In this document: piece after piece, positions 55,009 to 64,000 of the stretch
How positions within the stretch are numbered: position 1 is the stretch's first letter
How the letters are laid out: each line of letters starts with the position of its first letter
From: Reclinomonas americana ATCC 50394
Taxonomy: Eukaryota
NCBI GenBank assembly: GCA_048213135.1
Contig: PS015045.1
Location: 37,279 to 101,278 of the forward strand
Length of the DNA stretch: 64,000 nt
Direction of reading: 5' to 3'
Notes under the pieces: generated by a model
Seen by the model: only the letters and a program-made list of their open reading frames with translations
What the model was told of the DNA's origin: nothing
Database searches by the model: none
Position numbers and translations under genes: made by a program

Positions 55009-58000
55009 TCATTCACTCTTCCCCTTCTTCCCATCACCTCCCACCCACCACCACCCCCGCCCCCGCCAACTCAGGAGCCGCACCACCCCACCCCCACCCA
55101 CCTCTCCCGCCATCCTCCTCACAATCCGCTCCATCTTCTCCTGACTCGACCTCGCCAGCGGATGCTGTTCACCAAGCTGACGCGCCACATTGCACGCCAC
55201 CTGCTGCGTTCTCCGCGCCTCCTCGTACTTGCCCTCGTAGAACAGCGTCGACGCCAACCGACACTGCGCACGAATGGTCGCCTGACTGCCGGCTCCGACG
55301 GTGCTTGCCAGCTGCGAACAGACCTGACGCAGCATGCTCTCCGCCTTTTGCAGCAGCTTCGCTCGCTCGCTGTCCGACATGCGACCGCGCACCGCTCTCG
55401 CACGCAGCGTCAGCGCGAGCGCCGACTGCGCCTCGGCGGCGCGGTGGTCCGAGTAGCCGTACAGTCGGCGATTGGCCGCCAGCATGCTGCGCTGCATGCG
55501 CTCCGCCTTCGCATAGTTGCCCTGCTTGCAAATGGTGCGTGCGAGGAAGCCGCACGCCATTAGCGTCATGGGATGATGACGGCCGAACATGCTCTCCGCA
55601 ACCGACAGCGCCTCAAACTGCGCGTCCAGTGCCTCCCGGTAGTCGGGCGTCACCGACTGGTGGCGAGCGGCCTTGACCTTGGCCACCCACAAGTGACTGC
55701 GCGCCACGATGGTGTTCGGGTGGCTGTCGCCGAGGAGCCTGCTGATCGACCTGACGGCCTTCTCCTGCACCGCCACCGCCTCGTCGTACTTGCCAGAGTC
55801 GTAGAGCACCAGTGCCAACCGGCGCTGCAACTGCACCAGCTCCAACTCGACGTTGCGCTGCAGAGTGATGCTGCCTGACAGCGTCCGAAGGAGAAGTGTG
55901 CCCTTGTCGATCAGGCCCGCCAGCAACGCTGCGGCCTCGTCGTGCATGCCCGAGGCGCGCAGTGCCGCGGCCAGTTGCATCTGCATCGGCAGAGTGTCGA
56001 CATCAGAACCACGCGGGTGGAGCCGCTTGTAACTCTCAACGCAGGCTCGGAGAATTGTCGCCGCACGCTTGGCCACCTCCACGGGCACCTGGTGTGAGGA
56101 GAAGAGTGAGCAGAGTAGGAGATGGAATGACAATGAAGGAATGAGCTGTGCATACCAGACGGGGCATATCGTGCTCGGCGGCAATGTTCGTCGCAATGTA
56201 GGCAGCCACGTGCCAGCGCTGCATGGTTTGCTGATCCTCGGCTGTGCACTCACAGTCAGCAACCGACAATGGAAGACAGAAGAACATGATGCGGAACTCA
56301 CGAATTCGGTGAGCTCCAAAAATGTCCGTCTCGAGCTTCTCTAGGTAATTCGCCCAGAGAGCCGGGTCTGCAGGGAAGAGTCTCAGTCGCAGCGATCAAA
56401 GTAATGAACCCGCAATTGTATCCGAACCATCACCGCGCAAATTGAAGAGCACCNNNNNNNNNNNNNNNNNNNNGTACACATTCTCACTCCCCTGCATGAA
56501 TGGGAAGGAAAGAACGGACACAGTCTCGTCGCCCATCTCTCCTGTACACATTCTCATTCCCCTGCATGAATAGGAAGGAAAAGAACGGACACAGTCTCGT
56601 CGCCCATCTCTCCTGTACACATTCTCACTCTCCTGCACTCACTATTCTAGAAACTTCACTGATCGGCACACAACAATGAGCATCTACCAGTGATCGCCAA
56701 CAAGTCTCGTGTACCTATACTCGCAGCATTCAACGACACAGAGTGCGAAAACATCAAGCGGACGGCGACGCAATGAGAGAGAGAAGCGACAAAAACTCTT
56801 CTCCTTCTCATACGGTTCGGTTTTTCGCTCATTCAAGCCCGAGTATCTTGACGCATTGTCACTCTCCGTCTATTCCCCCGCCTTACTTCCTTCCCCCCTC
56901 TCTGGCTCTCTTCTCTCAGGCCTTCGGCGTCGTTCTCTTTTCTTGCCTTCCATTCGCTTCCATCTTCCCACCCTTCAATTCCTTCTCTCTCCTTTCCCTG
57001 GCACGCTCACTTTTCTCGTTTGCCTCCTTTCCCTCCTTCCCATGCCCTTCCTTCCTTGCTTTCCCTGCCTTCATTCCGTCTCCTCCTCTCGCACTCTCAT
57101 TTATCTCTTCTTTCTTCCCTTCCTCCCTCCCCCTCTCTGGCTCCCTTCTCTCAGGCCTTCGGCGTCGTTCTCTTTTCTTGCCTTCCCTTTGCTTCTGTTC
57201 TCTGTCTCTGTCTCGATATCTTCCCCCCATCCCTTTCTAATCCCTTGTCTTACCTTCTCTCTTCTTTCCCTGGCACTCTCACTTTTCTCTTTTGCCTCCC
57301 GCCACTTCCTTCCTTTCCCTTCCCTTCCCTTCCCTTCCCTTCCCTTTCCTTCCGTCACTTCCTCGCTTCCTTTCCCTTTCCTTCCCTTTCCTTCCCTTCC
57401 CTTCCCTTCTCCTTCCCCCTTCCCCCTCACACTCACAATCGTCGATCCAAGACTGTGGCCATGTAGGCACACGCGGTACTCATGCCGCTCCGGCTTCTCA
57501 CCCGCCGCCTCACCGCCAAACGAATCAGCGCGGCTCCTGGCGCACGCGGGAGCGAGCTCGTCAAACACCCACTGCATCACCTCCTTTGCTTCATCGAAAC
57601 GCTCATTGGGGCCACCGAGTCCGGTGACCATTTTGAAGTCCGTCCAAAAGTCGCTCGCAGTGGCAAAGCTGGCACGCGTGCCGGCGATGCAAATGTTGAT
57701 CTCGCGGTGCTTGTGGTCCACCTGCGCGAAAGAAGGGAAGTGAGCAGAAGGGAAAGAAGGAGGAAGGGTGAGGGAGGGAGAGAGACAAAAGACAGAGGAA
57801 TAGAGAGACCGACAGAGACTGCGAGGGATAGGGGAGAAGCTCAACTGACGGACAGGAAAAATACAAAGAAAGCAGCATGGGTGAAAACTGGAGTGAGGGG
57901 GAAAAGACATTGAAAGTGAAAGACGACAGAGACCGCGAGGGAGAGGACAAGAGTAGAAGTAGCTCAACTGACGGACAGGTAAATACAAAGAACCATCTGC

Positions 58001-59141
58001 GTTGCAGTTTGAGTGCCTGCATCTCCTCCGCTTAGATAGTCTGTTGGTGAGACTCTCTCCAACACTGACTGTCTGTGTCCTTGCCTTGCTTACTCTTTGC
58101 CCCTCCCTCCTTCATGTCTGTTTGTCTCTTGCGCCCCCACTCTCCCTCTCCCTCGCTGTCTCTTTCTCTGTCGCTTGCTCTCACTCCCCTGCATCACCCG
58201 TCTTGCTTCTCTTTTTTGCCTTGTCCCCCTCTTTTCCGACTTCTCCTCTCGAGCTCGATCTCCCTCGCTGTCACCGTCGACGTCAGTCTCTCTCTCTCTC
58301 TCTTTCTTTGTCGTTTGCTCTCACTATCCTGCATCGCCTTCGTCCTTCTCTATTCGCTGTCTTCTCCCCCTCTTTTCCGACTTCTCTCCGTCCCACTCTT
58401 TCTCCGTTTTTTTGCTTTCACTCCCATTCATCGCCCTTCTTCGTGTCCCCCTCCTTCTCCTTGTCCCCCTCCTTCTCCTCGTCCCCCTCCTTCTCCTTGT
58501 CCCCCTTTCCCCCTATTCCCTCCCCGACGCAACGAGAACAACGATCGTGTCATCGGCGCGGCTCACTTGCAGGCCCTGGAACAACTGGCGCACATTCTCC
58601 ATGCCGGCACGGGAGGCCTTCACAGCCAGCGCCTGTTGCACAATGGCCACACGACCCTCGGGGGTGGCGGAGCTCGTCTGCTTCTTGGCCTCCTTGCCAG
58701 CCTCGGTATTGGGATGATCATGACGGAAGACGGCGTACGACAAGTCGGCCAGGCCGCCACGATACTCTTTCATCGCCAACATGCCGTCCTTGATGGCCTG
58801 AATAACGAATGTGTACCGATCGTCCAGGTCCTTTGCCATCCACCAGTTGGAGAGCGCGTGAGACCGCAAGTCGGCAGCACTCGACTCGTCGCCGTCCTCT
58901 GTCAGCTGGATTTTACCGACAGCCAAGGCGAGCGGCGGGTCTGGTCCGCGAGCCGTGTGCACCTGAGGCACAGTGTACGCGACACCAGCGGCGCCCGCCA
59001 GAGTGCCCTGTGTGTGGAAATGAGAGAAGTGAGCAAAGGATGTGTGATGACACACACGCACACAGCACACACACACACAGACGCAACAATACAGCGCAGT
59101 GGGTGCCGCGCAAACAGAGCGGCGGCGCGTTGGAAGAGCAT
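55009..59141 (-). CDS. Class-3 lipase + TPR protein, copy B (middle exons not visible, probably in the 20-N gap at 56454-56473)
   Basis: MLFQRAAALFARHPLRCI|GTLAGAAGV...; VDHKHREINICIAGTRASFATASDFWTDF...YRVCLHGHSLGSTI at 57722-57437; DPALWANYLEKLETDIFG; the TPR exon at 56088-55009 is homologous to copies A and C. Confidence 0.7.
56474..56640. repeat. ~70-bp tandem repeat (about 2.4 copies) next to an assembly gap
   Basis: gtacacattctca(c/t)tcccctgcatgaat.ggaaggaaagaacggacacagtctcgtcgcccatctctcct recurs at ~56474, 56544 and 56615. Confidence 0.8.
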
Positions 59142-59388
59142 TGTGTGAGCTCTCACACGCGACTCAGAAAAAGATGTGTTTGTGACAGGTTTTGTTCTGA
59201 AACCCACCGAACACTTGTGTCCGCCTCCGCTTGCGTGCCCACGCGTCGTGATGAGGCGTTGCCACTTGCATTCATGGCACTGCGCATGTGTCGGGGACAA
59301 GGCGTTCGAAACAGTATCGCCGCCGGCATCTCAGAAGACATGCCGGCGGCGGAAGGCCTATAAATGGAGTCGGCCGGGTTGCCGGAAA

Positions 59389-60471
59389 TCACAGTCGCAA
59401 CGACGGATCAGTCGCGCAGCGATGCACCACCACCTCCGCCTCCTCCACCATGAAGCACCGCAGCACGATCTCCACCAGACACCGCCGCTCCACTTCGCCC
59501 TCCGCCGCCTGCATCTCCTGCACCGCGCGCAGAGCAAACCGCGCCCGCGCAAGCTCACGAGTCGCGAGACCACACGGCGTCGCCCACAGACACAGCGCCA
59601 TTTCGCCACCGCCAGCACTCGCCACAAACTGCCCATCCGCACTGACGGCGACCGACTCCACGCTCCACGCATCGACTTTCACCCTCGGTGCCACTTCTTC
59701 GCCACTCGCCAGCGACCACACGCGCACAGTGCAATCATTGCTGGCACACACCACTCGTTGACTATCCACCGTGATCGCCACCGAGTTCACCGCATGAACA
59801 CGCCCATCCAACCGCTGCACCTCCTTGCCCGTCACCAGCGACCACACTCGCACCATGCCATCCCGCGAGCCACCACTGACCACGTGCCGACCATCGCGCG
59901 TGACCGCAACGCACTGCACACCATCGACATGCCCGTCCAGGTGGCACACCTCGCGCCCATTCTCCATTTGCCACACGCGCACCACTCGATCCGTGCCGCC
60001 ACTCACCACATATCGCCCGTCGACGGTGATGGCCACACACAGCACCCACCCTGTGTGCCGGTTGAAGAGTCGCATCTCCTCGCCTGTCGCCAGTGACCAC
60101 ACGCGCACAGTCTTGTCCCAGCTGCCGCTGACAATGTGCAGGTGGTCGACAGCCACTGAGCTGACATACATGGTGTGTCCCTCCAGTCTGCGCACCTCCT
60201 CGCCCGTCGCCAGCGACCACACGCGCACAGTCATGTCACTGCCTCCGCTCACCACGTGGCGGCCGTCGGGAGTGACGGCGACGCACAGTACCTCGTCGGT
60301 GTGCTCGCCAAACTCTTGCACTTGTGTGCCAGTGGCCACGGACCACACGCGCACGGCGTGGTCTTCCCCGCCGCTCACAAAGTGCTGGTTGTCGGGGGTG
60401 AAGGCGACGCAGTGTTGGGGGGAGAAGTCGCCGAGGGGGGTGGCGCAGAGGGAGAGGAGTGGGGAGGTCAT
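59389..60471 (-). CDS. WD40 family copy 6 (diverged, intronless, 7 repeats + same C-terminal tail), located between lipase-TPR copies B and C
   Basis: MTSPLL start as in copy 1; seven repeats; tail TPCGLATRELARARFALRAVQEMQAAEGEVERRCLVEIVLRCFMVEEAEVVVHRCATDPSLRL*. Confidence 0.9.
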   Translation of the reverse strand: MTSPLLSLCATPLGDFSPQHCVAFTPDNQHFVSGGEDHAVRVWSVATGTQVQEFGEHTDEVLCVAVTPDGRHVVSGGSDMTVRVWSLATGEEVRRLEGHTMYVSSVAVDHLHIVSGSWDKTVRVWSLATGEEMRLFNRHTGWVLCVAITVDGRYVVSGGTDRVVRVWQMENGREVCHLDGHVDGVQCVAVTRDGRHVVSGGSRDGMVRVWSLVTGKEVQRLDGRVHAVNSVAITVDSQRVVCASNDCTVRVWSLASGEEVAPRVKVDAWSVESVAVSADGQFVASAGGGEMALCLWATPCGLATRELARARFALRAVQEMQAAEGEVERRCLVEIVLRCFMVEEAEVVVHRCATDPSLRL

Positions 60472-60944
60472 TGCAGAGAGGGGAGGAGGAGAAGGAGAAG
60501 AAGGCGGGATATTGATGTCCTATCGAGCGTTGGTGAAGGGAGGGCGTCACTCTGCTTGTCGGCGTAAGACGGTGTGTCTGCGATTTTCTTGCATACCGTG
60601 TTGCATGCATACAGACATGAGAGGAAGAACATGAAGCGTCTTTGACGTTGACGTCGAAGAAATGTTCGACAGCAGTGCAGAAAAGGCAGGCGCTTGGTGG
60701 ACAGACGAAAGCGACAGCTCTCACACTCACTGGTTGCACCAAAAAGGCACTTGGCCAAACGTAGGAAACCCACATGCATCAACACAGCATCGTCGTCGTG
60801 GATCATGATCAGCAGACGCACTCCAAGTGAAGCAGATGTCAGCAAATCTTGCAATGTATGCATGCACAACGCGTTCAACTATTGAGTATTTACACTGTAC
60901 ACATCTACTGTTACTGGTGACCACCACGACCGTCGGGCGTAGAG

Positions 60945-63838
60945 TCATCCGCCGCGCGCGGCCGCTGCTAACAGTTCCATATTGCGCTGGATGCGCTCCA
61001 GCTTCTGTTGGCTTGATCGTGCCAGAGGATGCTGATCGCCGAGTTCAAGAGCCGCATTGCACGCCGCCTGCTGCGTGCTGAGTGCTTCGTCGAGCTTGCC
61101 CTGGTAGAACAGAGTGGAGGCCAACCGACACTGCGCACGAATGGCTGCCGGGCTGCCTGCGCCCATGTGGTAGACCAATTGTGTGCGTACCTCAAGCAAC
61201 ATACCCTCAGCAGCGACAAGCAGATCGGCCCATTCAGTGAACGACACAAGGCCATACAGTGCCTTGGCGCGCAGTGTCAGCGCGAGCGCCAACTGCACCT
61301 CGGCTGCACGGTGGTCCGAGTAGCCATACAGCCGGCGAATGACCGCCAATAGGCTTCGCTGCATTTGCTCTGCCTGGTCATAATTGCCATGCTTGCACAT
61401 GGTCCGCGCAAGGTAGCCGCGCACTGCCAGTGTTGTTGGGTGGTGACGGCCAAATACAGTCTCCGACACACAGAGGGCCTTGAATTCCTCGTCCAGCGCG
61501 GCGTCATAGTCGGGCCCGGTACCGGTCGTCTCCGAATTGTGGCGAGCGGCCTTGATCTTGGCCACCCACAAGTTGCAGCAAGCAAAAATTACGTCCGCAT
61601 GCGGGGACAAGCCGAAAGATCCAATAGCCTTCTCCTGCATCTCCACAGCCGCATCGAACTCGCCGGATTCGAACCGCACCAATGCCAATCTTCGCTGCAA
61701 CTGTCTCAGCTCGGACTCGACGAGCTGCTGTTGCGTGACATGACCTGCATCTGACAGCGTCTGAAGCAGCACAGTGCCCTTGTCGATCAGGCCCTCCAGC
61801 AGCGACGCAGCATTGTCGTGCATGCCGGCGGCGCGCAATGCCACGGCCAGTTGTCTCTGCATTCTCAGGGTGTCGATATTACCATCAAGGCCGGCCCGCC
61901 GCCGACACGCTATATTGGCTTGCAGAACGGCTACTGCACGATTGGCCACCTCCACTGACATCTGCGGTGCGGAGTGACGACGGGTGAGTCAAAGCGGGAG
62001 ATGAAAAGCGTAACGCATCGTGCGTGCGATTTATGAGCAGCACCCACCACACGAGGCATGTTGCGCTGAATGGCCATGTTCAACGCGATGTAGACAGCCA
62101 CTTGCCAGCGCTGTTTCAGCCAGTGAGCGTCGGCTGCACACTCACAGTCAGCAACCGACTACACACACAAGCATTGCATAGTGCGACCGACACTCACGAA
62201 TCGGGTGAGCTCCAAAGATGTCCGCCTCGAGTCTCGTCACATGGTGGATGGAGAGCGCCCCGTCTGCAACGAATGGCATCAGTCGGAGCACTTAACTGAG
62301 AAGAGCACATCATCATTTCCGTACCATCACCATGCTTGCGGAAGAGCACAGCGTCGATTGTGGTGTTGTCCAAGAGGGTAAGCACCTCCAGCGCCGAGGC
62401 AGAGTCCTTCTGATACTGCTGCGCGTCTCGAATAAGGGCTGTGATACAGTGAGTGAGCCCGTGACCTTGTACAGCTGTATGCAGTTAAACGCAATTCGGT
62501 TTCAAACGCACCTGCCCAGGCACTCCCCATGAATTGCACGAGTGCACTCTGCACCTTGCTCGTCTGTTGGATGTCAAGATTGCACGTGTTGATCGCTTGC
62601 AGTGCCGCAAGGTACAGTTTCACGCAGACGTTGACCGACAGTGCGCGCGTGGAGTCAACCTTGAGCATATCAAACAACGGCATTTTGATCGTCTCCAAGA
62701 GGTCCTCATCGCCAGGCCCAAGAGCTGTCAAATACAAGTGACTGTCAGTAACAACGGCCACGACAATACCGCACTCTCAAGCGTAACGAACCGCAGAAGA
62801 ATGCGTCGTCAAAGTGGCGCGCATCGTGACCGAGCGTCGTCACTCGATGATCGATGGCGCCAGGGAACGCGACAAAATGCTTGCTGACGCCACCCATCAA
62901 TCCGTATTCGACAGAACGAATCGAAGAGACCAGCCGAGAGACCTTATCATCCTCGTTTGAGTACGTGTGCACGCAACCGCCGCTGTGGCGTACGCCAGAC
63001 ATGGTCGGACGTTGAACACCGTCCTGTGTGCACGTATTATGCATCAGCGCGCGCGACTACAAGACAGAATGCAGTGCTCGAGACCGCCACTCACCGAGTC
63101 GTCGCTGACCTGCGTTTGCGCCGATGATTTCCACTTTTCCCCCTGCGCCCAGGAGAGGGGGGGTGGAATGGTGGCGAATGCGTACACATTGACTCGATTC
63201 TCTTGTGCACTCTTGCTTGTGTTGAGCCAGAGGGCCTGTGCGATGGGCGAGAAGAGGCGTCAGTGACTAGCAATCGAGAGACTGAGAGAGATGAACAGAA
63301 AAATAAATAGATACGAGCGCAGATATGCAATACAATGCTGTCTTGCCGCTGACTAATTCCACTACTGCTTTTGATCGCTTCACACTTCCCTTCCTCACTT
63401 CCATTACGATCGTGCAAACAGTTGTCTCTTCTATTTTGTGCACCGATATAGTGCTCCACACATGCTAATGTCAAATATCTCCACTCCCTCACTCCTCAAT
63501 TTCTTTTTTCTTCGCCCTCTTCTCCCTCCCTTCCCTCACTCCCACTCACAATCGTTGATCCGAGACTGTGACCGTGCAAGCACACACGGTACACATGTCT
63601 ATCCAATATGTTGGCATCGCAGGCTTCGTCGCCAAGGTGCTTGGCACGACGCCTGGCGCACTCAGGAGCCAGGACCTCGAACGCCCACTCCATTCTCTCT
63701 TGTGCATGCATGAAACGCCTGTTGGGGTGACCAAGCCCAGCGACCATTTTGAAGTCGGTCCACCAATCTCCCCTCGTAGAGAAGCTGGCACGCGTACCGG
63801 CGATGCAAATGTTGATCTCGCGGTGCTTGTGGTCCACC
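60945..63838 (-). CDS. Class-3 lipase + TPR protein, copy C (5' exons lie beyond the window end)
   Basis: VDHKHREINICIAGTRASFSTRGDWWTDF...YRVCLHGHSLGSTI|ALWLNTS...NVYAFATIPP, YSNEDDKV, LGHDARHF. The TPR exon at 61961-60945 ends ...AAAARGG*. Intron positions are shared with copies A and B. Confidence 0.8.
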
Positions 63839-63868
63839 TACGCGAAGTTGGGAAGCAAATGAGCAGCC

Positions 63869-63936
<68 letters not shown>

Positions 63937-64000
63937 CGACAGAGACGGACGAGGAGAGGAGAAGAAGAGTAGAGAGAGACGGTAGGAGGAAAGAGACGAC

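Noticed and set aside
56474-57437. Apparent deletion of the catalytic Asp/His exons in lipase-TPR copy B
   Set aside because: The missing exons fall at an unsized 20-N gap bordered by a tandem repeat, so their absence cannot be called real.

Overview
Draft (gapped) genomic sequence of an intron-rich, flagellated microbial eukaryote; it is not prokaryotic. It shows GT-AG spliceosomal introns filled with GA/CT microsatellite, the ciliary gene NPHP4 and an NME8-type thioredoxin domain. About 18 genes can be reconstructed by hand. Single-copy genes: an NME8/TXNDC3-like thioredoxin + MSP-like protein, a ubiquitin-like-domain protein, NPHP4, an SLC49/DIRC2-like MFS transporter, TMEM258/OST5, an LRR + tandem CCCH zinc-finger + coiled-coil protein, an LCM-family SAM methyltransferase and a helical protein resembling a bacterial hypothetical family. 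Two locally expanded paralogue families stand out. (i) Six intronless seven-repeat WD40 genes share an unrecognised ~60-aa C-terminal helical tail; five lie in tandem at 6.1-13.2 kb and one at 59.4-60.5 kb. (ii) At least three tandem multi-exon genes at 50-64 kb fuse a class-3/DAG-lipase-like alpha/beta hydrolase (GHSLG) to kinesin-light-chain-type TPR repeats, with an organelle-targeting-like N-terminus; the sixth WD40 gene sits inside this array. All gene models were spliced by eye, so exon boundaries near N-gaps are uncertain. No database searches were run, and family assignments rest on recalled motifs.
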